64,000 nt of DNA from Candidatus Omnitrophota bacterium (GCA_043812955.1 JBDRLN010000076.1:4864-68863); one strand, 5' to 3'; positions 46,763 through 56,413 are shown, numbered from the stretch's first letter. Notes: generated by a model not told the origin, from the sequence alone. A program made the numbers and translations.

Positions 46763-48259
46763 CTAAAAATAAAGGTCTCTTTTGCCCTGTTTTATTTCGT
46801 CTAAATAGGCCCGGGTTTTCTGGCGCAAGGAACTATCTTCTATTTTATCCAGATACGTCCTGATTACCTGATAACCTTTTTCATAAATTCCATAGGCACT
46901 TTGACTCGCTTTCGCTCGCTCAGTGTCAATGGTAGACTCATTTGAAGCATTGAAAAAATCTTCCAAATATTCGGCAAAGGTCAAAATCCCGTTAGACCGG
47001 CAGAAATTATGGATCTCTCCGGGTTTGGAAATCTCCATAAATTCCTCACCAGTCCTGCCTAAGCGGTAACAAGCAGTGCAGAAACTGGGCAAAAATCTAT
47101 CCTTGATCGCGTCATTAACCACTTCCTCTAAGGCGCGCTCATCCTGAACCTTAAACTGAGACAGGCCGGACTCTTTACCATATCCGCCTACCGTGGTACA
47201 GGAACCGGCTGAGGCCTGGGAGATGCCGATTTTAAAAGCCTGAGAACGTATTTCCGGGCTCTCGCGGGTAGAGATAATCATACCGGTATAAGGGACTGCC
47301 AGCCTTAAAATAGCAATTAGTTTTAGAAAATCATTATCGCTGACTTTATAAGGGAATTTTAAATTTACTGTCGCGGCTTCTCTGATCCGGGGAACCGATA
47401 TGGTATGAGGACCGATTTTGTATTTCTGGTCTAAATACCAGGCATGGGTAATAAGGGCCAATACTTCAAAACGCCAATCATAAAGCCCGAAAAGAACACC
47501 TATTCCTAGATCATCGATACCGGCTTCAAAAGCCCTTCCATAGGCAGTGATTTGGCGCAAATAATCGGCCTTAGGCCCATGGTGGATCTTTTCATAAGTA
47601 TTCCGGTGATAGGTCTCCTGAAACAATTGATAAGTCCCAATCTTGGCTTTTTTTAATTTGCGGTAGTTTTCAACTGTAGTGGCTGCGATATTGACATTTA
47701 TCCTGCGGATACTTCCCTTATCAGTTTTCACACTATAAATCTTATCTATAATCTTGGTAACATAATCAATATTATTATTTAAGGGGTCTTCGCCAAACTC
47801 CACCAGAACCCTTTTATGTCCCATACTAATCAAAATTTTAGTTTGTTCCTCTACATCAGCCAAACTCAGACGTTTACGCTTAAAAGCCATATTCCGGCTA
47901 TGAAAATTACAATAATCGCAATCATTGATGCAGAAATCCGAAACATACAACGGGGCGAAAAATACCAACCTCTCTCCGTAAACCTCGTTCTTTACCCAGC
48001 CCGCGGTATCTAATAATTCCTGAATTAGTTTTAAATCAGATAGATTAACCAAAAAGCCAGCATCTTCAGGACTAAGCCCCTTCATCTTTCTGGCTTCTTG
48101 AAGAATAACCCGGACAGCCTCTTTAGAAGGAGTTTTAGTCTCTTCTAGTATTTTATTTATATTTTTTTCGTTGATAATATTCTCTACCATTTTATTTTTT
48201 TGATTACAAAGGATAGGCATTTTATCCGCGGAATCTGTTTTTAAAATCTGTGTAATCAT
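46763..48259 (-). CDS. Radical SAM tyrosine lyase HydG homologue
   Basis: Radical SAM motif 'CINDCDYCNF' (HydG/ThiH type) plus the HydG-specific C-terminal CX2CX22C motif ('CTACYRLGRTGEEFMEISKPGEIHNFC'). Confidence 0.7.
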   Translation of the reverse strand: MITQILKTDSADKMPILCNQKNKMVENIINEKNINKILEETKTPSKEAVRVILQEARKMKGLSPEDAGFLVNLSDLKLIQELLDTAGWVKNEVYGERLVFFAPLYVSDFCINDCDYCNFHSRNMAFKRKRLSLADVEEQTKILISMGHKRVLVEFGEDPLNNNIDYVTKIIDKIYSVKTDKGSIRRINVNIAATTVENYRKLKKAKIGTYQLFQETYHRNTYEKIHHGPKADYLRQITAYGRAFEAGIDDLGIGVLFGLYDWRFEVLALITHAWYLDQKYKIGPHTISVPRIREAATVNLKFPYKVSDNDFLKLIAILRLAVPYTGMIISTRESPEIRSQAFKIGISQASAGSCTTVGGYGKESGLSQFKVQDERALEEVVNDAIKDRFLPSFCTACYRLGRTGEEFMEISKPGEIHNFCRSNGILTFAEYLEDFFNASNESTIDTERAKASQSAYGIYEKGYQVIRTYLDKIEDSSLRQKTRAYLDEIKQGKRDLYF

Positions 48260-48266
48260 TATTTAA

Positions 48267-48866
48267 TTAGGATTTATATACTGCTTCCCGACGGCAGCGG
48301 GGGCAAAGGACTTTGAGGCGGTCGGAGCGCGTAAATTCCTGTTTTTCGTCAATAGCTATTTCTTCTTTGCTGGCGGGATTTAAATTCTGGAGGTAAAATA
48401 ACAAAAGCGAGGCATTGGAAAAGCAAAGCGGGCCTAAACGTTTAGCCACCCACAATATCTGATCATACGGCGCGATTATCTCTTTGCAGCAATCGCAGAC
48501 AACCAATTCCTTTTCTATCTCCTGTTTTAAATCCTGCCTTTTTTCAGTAGTAGCCAGATCAAATTCATTAGACAACATTATTCCTTTGCCGGTCAGGCAA
48601 TTTGCCTGGCACTGGCCGCAGAATATGCATAAATCCCAATGCACAGTAAGTTTCCTCTTGCTTTCTACATCTTGCATTTCAATAGCCTTGGCCGGGCAAA
48701 CCTCAAAACAGGCCCCACAACCAACACAATCATCCTTGTGGAATTCCGACCTGCCCCTAAACCTGGGATAAGGCGTATGCCTCTGATAAGGGAACCGGTT
48801 AGTGTAAGGCCCCTTAATGATGGCTTTAATCGCCTCTTTTAATTCTCTTAATTTCGGATAACGCAT
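48267..48866 (-). CDS. 2x[4Fe-4S] ferredoxin, NuoI/MbhN-like, with extra C-terminal Cys pairs
   Basis: 'CVGCGACFEVCP' and 'CIFCGQCQANC', with additional 'CDCC' and 'CPRC' motifs. Confidence 0.6.
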   Translation of the reverse strand: MRYPKLRELKEAIKAIIKGPYTNRFPYQRHTPYPRFRGRSEFHKDDCVGCGACFEVCPAKAIEMQDVESKRKLTVHWDLCIFCGQCQANCLTGKGIMLSNEFDLATTEKRQDLKQEIEKELVVCDCCKEIIAPYDQILWVAKRLGPLCFSNASLLLFYLQNLNPASKEEIAIDEKQEFTRSDRLKVLCPRCRREAVYKS

Positions 48867-48937
48867 CTTGTTTTCCCTTATGAATAGCAGGTAGTAGATA
48901 GTAGGTAGAATGTAGGGTTTCCCCTAATTACTAGCTA

Positions 48938-49282
48938 CTACATACTATCTACTATTTTTTTATCTTCTTCGTACTTATCACAAACTGATTTTCCCCAGAG
49001 TTTTACTCCGGATTTATGGGCCGCCCGGGCTAAAACATGGGCAGAAACAGGGGCAGTCAATAATATAAATAAGATGCACAAAATTGCCTTTATGCCAGCG
49101 GCAGTAAATCCTTTAAATAGAAATAAACCAAATAATATCCCGCAGGTTCCCAGGGTAACGCTTTTTGTTGAAGCCTGCAGGCGATTATAAACATCCGGTA
49201 AACGGATTAGGCCCAGGCAGCCAAAAAAATCAAAGATAAGCCCGACAACTATAAAGAATATGCCGAATATCTCATTCATCAA
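48938..49282 (-). CDS. Mrp/Mnh antiporter subunit G-like
   Basis: 114 aa. Its N-terminus 'IFGIFFIVVGLIFDFFGCLGLIRLPDVYNRLQASTKSVTLG' matches the MnhG family. Confidence 0.6.
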   Translation of the reverse strand: MMNEIFGIFFIVVGLIFDFFGCLGLIRLPDVYNRLQASTKSVTLGTCGILFGLFLFKGFTAAGIKAILCILFILLTAPVSAHVLARAAHKSGVKLWGKSVCDKYEEDKKIVDSM

Positions 49283-49631
49283 AATTTCTCCCTTCCAGAT
49301 ACTTGGCTAAAGCCAAAGTAGAGATGAAACTTTGCAAGGCCCAGGCAATACCTATATCAATATACCAATCCCTGCCCGTGGAAATAGACAGTATCGCGCA
49401 AAAACCTAAAATTAATATCCCCAATATATCGACAGCCACGGCCCTGTCTGCCGAGGTCGGGCCTTTAATAATCCGCCAGAGGCAAAAAAATGAACAAAAG
49501 AAAAGCGTCATAAAACCATGCCTTAAAAAAGGAGATTGCCATTCCAGTAAAGAATAAAAGGGAATAAAAATAATCGCCCCGAGAATAATTATAATTGCTG
49601 TCAGGCCTAATAACCAACGTAACCTTTTCAT
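49272..49631 (-). CDS. Mrp/Mnh antiporter subunit F-like
   Basis: 119 aa with three TM helices and an 'SADRAVAVDILG' motif. Confidence 0.55.
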   Translation of the reverse strand: MKRLRWLLGLTAIIIILGAIIFIPFYSLLEWQSPFLRHGFMTLFFCSFFCLWRIIKGPTSADRAVAVDILGILILGFCAILSISTGRDWYIDIGIAWALQSFISTLALAKYLEGRNFDE

Positions 49632-50125
49632 TCAAAAATCCTTTTTAAGAGCCGCTCGAACCTGCGGACAATAATCTCTGCGGCTTTCTGGGTATCCTGA
49701 TCTTTAATATAAATCCAGTGGATATATAAAAACCCATTTTCTTGATCTATATCCACGCTCATAGTACCGGGGGTAAGGGTAATAGAGTTAGCCAAAAAAG
49801 TCAGGGCTGTATCTGACTTTAAAATAGTCTTAACCTTGATTATCCCTGGATTAATAAGTAAATCCGGGTGAGCGACCCGATAAGCCACATCAATATTCGC
49901 CTTAATACATTCCCAGATAAATAAGGGGATATAATAAAGAAACCAGAGATATCGGCTGATTTGTTTAAATTTGTGCGGCCTTCTTATAAACATATCGCCG
50001 GTTACAAAAGAAACCAGGGCGCAGACCAGAATCCCGACGATAAAATGCTGCAGGTCCACCGGCCAAGATAAAAAAGACCAGACTATAATCGCAATCATAA
50101 ATAAAATTATTTGGCTTTTTCTCAT
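49628..50125 (-). CDS. Mrp/Mnh antiporter subunit E-like
   Basis: 165 aa. Its position and two N-terminal TM helices are consistent with MnhE. Confidence 0.5.
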   Translation of the reverse strand: MRKSQIILFMIAIIVWSFLSWPVDLQHFIVGILVCALVSFVTGDMFIRRPHKFKQISRYLWFLYYIPLFIWECIKANIDVAYRVAHPDLLINPGIIKVKTILKSDTALTFLANSITLTPGTMSVDIDQENGFLYIHWIYIKDQDTQKAAEIIVRRFERLLKRIFE

Positions 50126-50136
50126 TGCAAATTAAC

Positions 50137-51624
50137 TTATCTTAAGGCGTTAAAAACAACGTCTTTATAACCATTGCCTAATAACAAAACGTCGGCCGCT
50201 GACTGCAAGAATGGTTTAAATAAAGGTATGATCAATAAACCGCCAACTAAGCAAATAATTGCTAAAGCTACCATAGATATTTGCATTGCCCAGGGCACCT
50301 CTTTTACACTAAGCCATTTTTCTTTTAACCTCCCTGAAAAAGCATATTTCTGCACCTTCATAAAAGAGGCTAAGGTAAGAATAGAGGCAGCTACCGCAAA
50401 TATGGCAAAAATAATTTTACCCGATTGGATACAGGCAAAAATTATCAAAAGCTTACTCCAAAAACCGTTAAAAGGCGGGATGCCGGCAATAGACATCGAG
50501 GCTACTAAATTTGTACTAGCAGTAACAGGCATCTTTTCTTTTAAACCGCCCATATCCTTCAGGTCTCTTGTGCCTAAGCTATAATCCAGCGCCCCCGAAT
50601 TTAAGAAAAGCAATGATTTAAATATAGAATGATTAAACAAATGGAATAACCCCGCCAGTATACCTAAGGGAGTACCTAAGCCAATACCTAAAATAACATA
50701 ACCGATCTGGCTTATGGAATGATACGCTAAAAGCCTTTTAAAATCCCATTGGACCAAGGCTAAGATTACTCCCATTAGCATTGAAATTATCCCTAAAAAC
50801 AACAGCACTGAAAGAATGCCGTTATTTATCCCGATAATATTAAAGAATATCCTTATTATGCAATAAACCCCCAGCACCTTTATCAATACCCCGGAAAGCA
50901 TTGCTGAAATAGATGCCGGCGCAGAAGGATGGGCATCCGGCAGCCAGGCGTGAAAAGGAACTAAAGCTGCCTTTAGGCCAAAGCCAGCTAAGAATAATAC
51001 CCCGACTAAACTAATCATTATACCTCCGGGCTTATTAGATAATACCAAAGCAATATCCGCCATATTTAAGGTAGAGGTATAACTATAAAGAAGGGCGATT
51101 CCTAATAACACAAAACTAGAGGCAACTGAGCCCATTATTGCGTATTTAAAAGAAGCCTCTAATTCCTCAGCCTCTGTGCCGAATGCCACTAAGGCATAGC
51201 TGGCGATAGAGGCAATTTCTAAAAAAACAAACAAATTAAATAAATCTCCGGTAATAATTATACCGTTCATCCCAGCCAGCATCAGCATAAATAAGGTATA
51301 AAACCGGTATTTATCCGTATATCTTTCCATATAATTAATGGAATAAATAGCCACCAGAAAACTAACTAAATTAACCGTAACTAACATAAAAGAGGCCAGG
51401 CCATCGAGGACCATGCTAATTCCTACGGGCGGCATCCAGCCTCCTATTTTATAGATAATAACCTTATGGGCCAGGACTTCTGAAATAGAATATACCGATA
51501 GGGCCAATAAACTAAATGTGCCTAAACTAGATAAGGAATCCCCAAGGCCTTTTATCCTCTTACCCAGGAGAGCGATAAGGAATGCTGCCAGCAAAGGAAT
51601 AACCGTAAAGAAAGGTAATATCAT
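50137..51624 (-). CDS. Antiporter-like subunit (MrpD/NuoN/MbhH family)
   Basis: 495-aa proton-pumping-subunit fold with about 14 TM helices and conserved 'FHLFNHSIFKSLLFL'. Confidence 0.75.
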   Translation of the reverse strand: MILPFFTVIPLLAAFLIALLGKRIKGLGDSLSSLGTFSLLALSVYSISEVLAHKVIIYKIGGWMPPVGISMVLDGLASFMLVTVNLVSFLVAIYSINYMERYTDKYRFYTLFMLMLAGMNGIIITGDLFNLFVFLEIASIASYALVAFGTEAEELEASFKYAIMGSVASSFVLLGIALLYSYTSTLNMADIALVLSNKPGGIMISLVGVLFLAGFGLKAALVPFHAWLPDAHPSAPASISAMLSGVLIKVLGVYCIIRIFFNIIGINNGILSVLLFLGIISMLMGVILALVQWDFKRLLAYHSISQIGYVILGIGLGTPLGILAGLFHLFNHSIFKSLLFLNSGALDYSLGTRDLKDMGGLKEKMPVTASTNLVASMSIAGIPPFNGFWSKLLIIFACIQSGKIIFAIFAVAASILTLASFMKVQKYAFSGRLKEKWLSVKEVPWAMQISMVALAIICLVGGLLIIPLFKPFLQSAADVLLLGNGYKDVVFNALR

Positions 51625-51959
51625 CCTTTTAATCTCCGGATTTTGGTAATATCAAAAGTGCCATACTTCTCATAAATTCTTATAGCAATAGCCACAATCA
51701 AGGCAGTAACCGCTAGGCCAATAACGATAGAGGTTAAAACTAAAGCCTGGGGCAAAGGATCAACCATATTTAAAATTATCTGATTCTTGGCTAATATGGG
51801 CGAGCGGCCATGCCAACGGTAGCCGATTAAGATTAAGAACAGGTTAACCGCGTATTCAATTATGCCTAAACCGATAACAATCTTAATAATATTCCTTTTT
51901 CTTAAAACACAGTAAAGCCCAATGGAAAATAAAATAAAACACAAGAAATATTCAATCAT
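51621..51959 (-). CDS. MrpC/NuoK-like subunit
   Basis: 112 aa with three TM helices. Confidence 0.55.
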   Translation of the reverse strand: MIEYFLCFILFSIGLYCVLRKRNIIKIVIGLGIIEYAVNLFLILIGYRWHGRSPILAKNQIILNMVDPLPQALVLTSIVIGLAVTALIVAIAIRIYEKYGTFDITKIRRLKG

Positions 51960-52408
51960 TACTTATCTCCCCGGCCTTTAAATAAAATCAAGGCCGCAAA
52001 TATGGCAAATAATCCTGCGCCTACCTTAAGGGATATAGCGATATTGCACAAAGGTATAATCCCGGCTGAGAATAAAGCAAAAGGACTCCCTTTATGCAAG
52101 AAAAAATTAAAAAATAAATATCCCCCTGAAAAACCAATCAAGGCAATAGCTAAAAACATTAAAGCGCCGATATTCTCTAAAACCGAAGCCCGGCCCTGGG
52201 ATAATTTTTTTAAAACCGCTTCCCGGCCAAAAGCAAGCATAAGGTGGATAAAAGAAAGGGCAATGATTACTCCGCCGGCAAATCCTCCGCCAGGGCTTAA
52301 GTGGCCATGCAGAACAATATAAATCCCGTAGAGCAGGATAAGCCCTACGGTAAGCCGGGTAACTGTCTTAACAATCACAGTCATTCCTGTTTCTTTTTTA
52401 TTTTTCAT
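51959..52408 (-). CDS. MrpB/MnhB-like subunit
   Basis: 'HGHLSPGGGFAGG' MnhB motif. Confidence 0.65.
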   Translation of the reverse strand: MKNKKETGMTVIVKTVTRLTVGLILLYGIYIVLHGHLSPGGGFAGGVIIALSFIHLMLAFGREAVLKKLSQGRASVLENIGALMFLAIALIGFSGGYLFFNFFLHKGSPFALFSAGIIPLCNIAISLKVGAGLFAIFAALILFKGRGDK

Positions 52409-52919
52409 TTATCCTGCCCACTCTCCTTATAACCGCTAATACCCCGATCACTGCGGCAAAAAGGACAGTGACCTCTCCTAAAGTATCATAACCTCTATAA
52501 TCTAAAATTATAGCTGAAACGATATTAGCTGCCCCGGTTTTTTCTAATCCATTATTAATATACCCTTGGGCTACGCGCATAATCGGCTGGCCAAAAACCG
52601 GCAATTCCTTTAAACCAAAGTAGACCAGCATCAAAAAAACAACAATAAATAATAATGTAGAGCTGGTGTTAAAAAACCACCGGCCATCCCGAATCACCGG
52701 TAGGTCTTTATTTATAGTTGCCCGAATAAGGATAATAAGGCAGAGGATTTCTACCACCAGCTGAGTAATGGCTAAATCCGGGGCCTTTAAAATCAAAAAG
52801 GCCATAGATAAACCTAAGCCCACTGCCCCTACAGCAATGACGCTGGAAAGCAAATCTTCTACTTGAACAGCTACAATTGCCGCGCCGATCATGAATAATA
52901 AAAGTAATTGCAGTTCCAT
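52398..52919 (-). CDS. MnhB-domain subunit (MrpA C-terminal-like, MbhD/E-type)
   Basis: 'GAANIVSAIILDYRGYDTLGE' motif. Confidence 0.6.
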   Translation of the reverse strand: MELQLLLLFMIGAAIVAVQVEDLLSSVIAVGAVGLGLSMAFLILKAPDLAITQLVVEILCLIILIRATINKDLPVIRDGRWFFNTSSTLLFIVVFLMLVYFGLKELPVFGQPIMRVAQGYINNGLEKTGAANIVSAIILDYRGYDTLGEVTVLFAAVIGVLAVIRRVGRINEK

Positions 52920-52928
52920 ATAATAATC

Positions 52929-54584
52929 CTATCTTAATAAAACCCAGAACAATCCCACCATGCCTAATAAACACCAAACTAAATATGTAGGCAATATCCC
53001 GTTATGTAGATACTGGAATGCACTACCAATAGAAAACACTAAATTCTTTCCTTGCTCGTAGATATCAAATAGCCCGGCCTGGGCCTTTTTGTAAATTAAA
53101 GCCAATACCGGCAGCTCTTTGATGGTGTTATAAAAATCAGTCCCGCTAATTTTATTCTCCTGGATATCCCTGGTTTCGCTTCCGGTAAAAGAACTATCCT
53201 GACGCACAACAAACTTTAGGCCTTTTAATTTAAATATTAAAAACCCTAAAACTAAACTAATGATGATAAGCCAGGTAGATAACAAAGCAGACCAGGTTCC
53301 GATAAAAGAAACTCCCTTTATAGCCGGAAATATAAAGTATTTAAGCGGAATTTGATAAGCTAATACGCCGAATACCACACAGGTAATTGCCAGTATTAAA
53401 CAGGGCAGCCACATCTGCCAGGAAACCTCTTTTACTTGCCTGTTTGTTTTCCGGCCTAAAAAAACCGCATGAATTAGTTTCATAAAACTGGCTAAGGTCA
53501 AACCCGAACCAAACATTGCCGCGGCCAGGCTGAAGATTGCTATAATCCGTAAAGTCTGATTCCCGGCTCCTAATAGGCTGACCAAGCCCTGATAGATCAT
53601 CCACTTAGAGACAAACCCGTTAAAAGGCGGAACGCCGGATATAGAAAGGCTGGCGACCAAAGAAGAAATAAAGGTAATAGGCATGGATTTACTTAAACCG
53701 CCTAATTCATCAAGTTCAGAGGTTTTGGTCCGATATTCTACGTTTCCGGCAGTCAAAAATAAACAAGATTTATACACGGCATGATTAAGCATGTGGAATA
53801 TTCCACCAGCAATACCAATAGGATTACCGGTGCCTATACCTAAAACCATATATCCTACCTGCGAAACCGCATGATAACCCAGAAGCCTCTTCATATTATG
53901 CTGGACTAAAGCCATCATTACTGCGGCAATAATAGTAAAGGCCCCGGTAATCATAAGAAATATATTCAGGGCCTGATTCATCGTAAATAGATTCAAAGAA
54001 ATCCGGGTTAATAAATAAATCCCCAGTAACTTATCTAAGGAAGCGGGTAAAAATGCCACAACCGGAATAGGTGCGGATTTAGCACAATCAGGAATCCAGG
54101 AGTGAAAAGGCATTGCTCCGGCCTTGGCAAAACAGGCAATGGCTAAGCATAAGTACGCCAAAGTAGGTAGTAAGTAGTAATTAGTAGATAGGGCGATTTT
54201 TATTTTGTCTATTTGAAAAGTACCGGTTAAATAATAGATTATGCCTATGCCAAACAACATCAGGGCATCCGTCCCTCCCACGATTATAAAAGTCTTTTTT
54301 GCCGCTAAACTTGACTCATCATTACCCATAGCGATAAGAAGATATAAGGTCAAGCCTAAAAAACCCCAACAGATTAAAAGCAGAATAAGATTGTTGGCCA
54401 GCACGGTTCCTATTGCTACCAAGGCAGTCAAGACTACATATACATAATACTGGGCTGCCTGGGGTTTGCCTTTTCTAAACTTAAATGAATAAACTAATAT
54501 TAAAACCGAAAAGGCAGCTATAGCCAAAGCAACAAAACCGCTTAGCGCGTCTAATTTAAACCAGGGATAGAAAATATTAGTCAT
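52929..54584 (-). CDS. Antiporter-like subunit (MrpA/NuoL family)
   Basis: 551 aa with 'HMLNHAVYKSCLFLTAG', the conserved NuoL/MrpA helix. Confidence 0.75.
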   Translation of the reverse strand: MTNIFYPWFKLDALSGFVALAIAAFSVLILVYSFKFRKGKPQAAQYYVYVVLTALVAIGTVLANNLILLLICWGFLGLTLYLLIAMGNDESSLAAKKTFIIVGGTDALMLFGIGIIYYLTGTFQIDKIKIALSTNYYLLPTLAYLCLAIACFAKAGAMPFHSWIPDCAKSAPIPVVAFLPASLDKLLGIYLLTRISLNLFTMNQALNIFLMITGAFTIIAAVMMALVQHNMKRLLGYHAVSQVGYMVLGIGTGNPIGIAGGIFHMLNHAVYKSCLFLTAGNVEYRTKTSELDELGGLSKSMPITFISSLVASLSISGVPPFNGFVSKWMIYQGLVSLLGAGNQTLRIIAIFSLAAAMFGSGLTLASFMKLIHAVFLGRKTNRQVKEVSWQMWLPCLILAITCVVFGVLAYQIPLKYFIFPAIKGVSFIGTWSALLSTWLIIISLVLGFLIFKLKGLKFVVRQDSSFTGSETRDIQENKISGTDFYNTIKELPVLALIYKKAQAGLFDIYEQGKNLVFSIGSAFQYLHNGILPTYLVWCLLGMVGLFWVLLR

Positions 54585-55198
54585 GATTTTATTTTGGCTA
54601 AATTCCTAGCGATATTTTTAGTATGATGATAAACCTCAGCCGTAAAATCCAGCATATTTATATACATATTGCAGGACATCGGGCTGCAGACTCCTTCGAT
54701 CACCCTCTCGGTATGCCTCCTACGATAATCATCAACTAAGTTATTCACACCCTTATGCCCCTGAGAAAGCTCTTTTAATACACCAACCTCATCTTTAGAA
54801 AAGGCATCGACTAATTTCTTTAATTCATTTTCGACTATATTATACAAAGCAATATATTCCTTTACTGCCTCATCGCTAAAAAGCAGCCTCTCTTCAATCT
54901 TAATCTGGACCCTCTCCAATATATCTTTGCAATAATCTCCGATAAGCTCTAGGTCTCCCGTCACGTCGGCATAGATAACAGCGCTTTGTTTAGTCTGGCC
55001 ATTCGTGGCCTTGACTAAATTAATCAACCCTGTATTAATCTCTTTTTCATAGTTATTTAGCCTGTCTTCATCTTTTAAAACCTCTGCCAGCAAATCCAGG
55101 TCATGCTCCATAAAAGTTTTAAAAGTTGTCTGCCACATCTTTAAAGTTAAAAAAGCCATTTTCACAACTTCACCTTTGATAGTCTCTAGGTCAGCCAT
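54581..55198 (-). CDS. PhoU-like domain protein inside the hydrogenase operon
   Basis: 'DVTGDLELIGDYCKDILERV' resembles the PhoU 'DxxxERIGD' repeat. 205 aa, no TM helix. Confidence 0.4.
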   Translation of the reverse strand: MADLETIKGEVVKMAFLTLKMWQTTFKTFMEHDLDLLAEVLKDEDRLNNYEKEINTGLINLVKATNGQTKQSAVIYADVTGDLELIGDYCKDILERVQIKIEERLLFSDEAVKEYIALYNIVENELKKLVDAFSKDEVGVLKELSQGHKGVNNLVDDYRRRHTERVIEGVCSPMSCNMYINMLDFTAEVYHHTKNIARNLAKIKS

Positions 55199-56381
55199 TC
55201 TCCAACCCCTTTTTTAATCTTTCAGTCTTATCCTGAGACAATTTAATTAAATCAAACCCATTTAAAATCTTCTTATCGCTTAATTTATCGATCACCGCGG
55301 TCCTTTCAGTACAACAATAACAGGGATCAACCGCAGCCAGGGTAATTGCCGCATCCGAGATAGTCCCGCCAACTGCGCCTACTTTATTGGAAGCTACATT
55401 CACATAGCTAGGGGCGCGGATCTTATGCCTTATTGGCCGGTTAGTCCCATCAGATTTAACATAATGGAAACATTCACCCCGAGGCGCCTCGATCCTGCCA
55501 ATACCTTCACCAGGCGGTATCTGCTTAGGATTAGCGTCAATCTCTCCCTTGGGCATCTTATCTAAACATTGACGGATAATACTTATGGACTCTCCTAATT
55601 CCAAAACTCTCACTACTGTTTTAGCAAAGATATCCCCTTCTTCCTGGACAATAACCTTCCAATCTAACCTAGCGTAAGCAGCATAAAGATCATCCCGGCG
55701 CAGATCAATATTTAATCCTGAAGCCCGGGCTGTAGGCCCAACTACGCACCAATCTATAGCCTGTTGTTTAGTTAAAATCCCTACTCCTTTAAGCCGGGAT
55801 TGAATAACCGGGTCATCCATAACCGCGCCCTTAAACATGCCCACTATCGGGACTAAATCATCCAGGGTCTTCTTTAATACCGGTACGTCTTCATCTAAAA
55901 TATCCCTTCTCACTCCGCCTATTTTCATCATCGCGTAGTGGTTACGGTTACCGGAAATCATTTCAAACATATCTAAGACCGGTTCGCGGTATCTCCAGGC
56001 CCACATCCAAACCGTATTATAACCTATAAAATGGCCGGCTAAACCCACCCATAAAAGATGGCTATGGATCCTTTCTAATTCAGCGATTATAGTCCGGATA
56101 TAAAGAGCTCTTTCCGGCACCTGGATATTAGCTAAATCCTCCATTGCCTGACAATAAGCCATAGGATGGCTATTAGAACAAATCCCGCAAATACGCTCTA
56201 CTAAAAAGGCAACCTGGTCAAAATGCTTAGACTCAGACAGCTTTTCGATTCCCCGGTGCATATAACCTATAACTATATCTATATCAACTACTTTTTCTCC
56301 CTCAACATAGAGCCGGAAATACTCAGGCTCTTCCTGTAAAGGATGGTAAGGACCGATAGGAACAACTATCTTGTGCGACAT
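55191..56381 (-). CDS. [NiFe] hydrogenase large subunit, group 4 (NuoD/MbhL/EchE-like)
   Basis: N-terminal 'RICGICSNSH' (RxCGxCxxxH) and C-terminal 'DPCYCCTER' (DPCxxCxxR) Ni-Fe ligand motifs, followed by about 37 aa. Confidence 0.85.
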   Translation of the reverse strand: MSHKIVVPIGPYHPLQEEPEYFRLYVEGEKVVDIDIVIGYMHRGIEKLSESKHFDQVAFLVERICGICSNSHPMAYCQAMEDLANIQVPERALYIRTIIAELERIHSHLLWVGLAGHFIGYNTVWMWAWRYREPVLDMFEMISGNRNHYAMMKIGGVRRDILDEDVPVLKKTLDDLVPIVGMFKGAVMDDPVIQSRLKGVGILTKQQAIDWCVVGPTARASGLNIDLRRDDLYAAYARLDWKVIVQEEGDIFAKTVVRVLELGESISIIRQCLDKMPKGEIDANPKQIPPGEGIGRIEAPRGECFHYVKSDGTNRPIRHKIRAPSYVNVASNKVGAVGGTISDAAITLAAVDPCYCCTERTAVIDKLSDKKILNGFDLIKLSQDKTERLKKGLENG

Positions 56382-56395
56382 CGAACTCCTTAATA

Positions 56396-56413
56396 CGCCT
56401 GCCGTAGGCAGGC
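56396..56413. repeat. Palindrome GCCTGCC-GTAG-GCAGGC (hairpin) in an intra-operon gap
   Basis: Read directly. It shares the 'CCGTAGG' core with the REP-like family. Confidence 0.5.

Noticed and set aside
46763-48259. HydG homologue as ThiH (thiamine) or as evidence of an [FeFe] hydrogenase in this window
   Set aside because: ThiH lacks the C-terminal CX2CX22C motif that is present here. No hydA or hydF ORF exists in the window, so the maturases are not next to an [FeFe] structural gene.
52708-52977. 89-aa minus-strand ORF spanning the MrpA-like / MnhB-domain junction
   Set aside because: It lies out of frame within two supported antiporter-subunit genes and has a Gly/Arg/Cys-rich low-complexity translation.
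54581-55198. 205-aa protein as an Mbh structural subunit (e.g. MbhI)
   Set aside because: It has no TM helices or Fe-S motifs. The only recognisable feature is a PhoU-like repeat, so it was left as a PhoU-like accessory protein.
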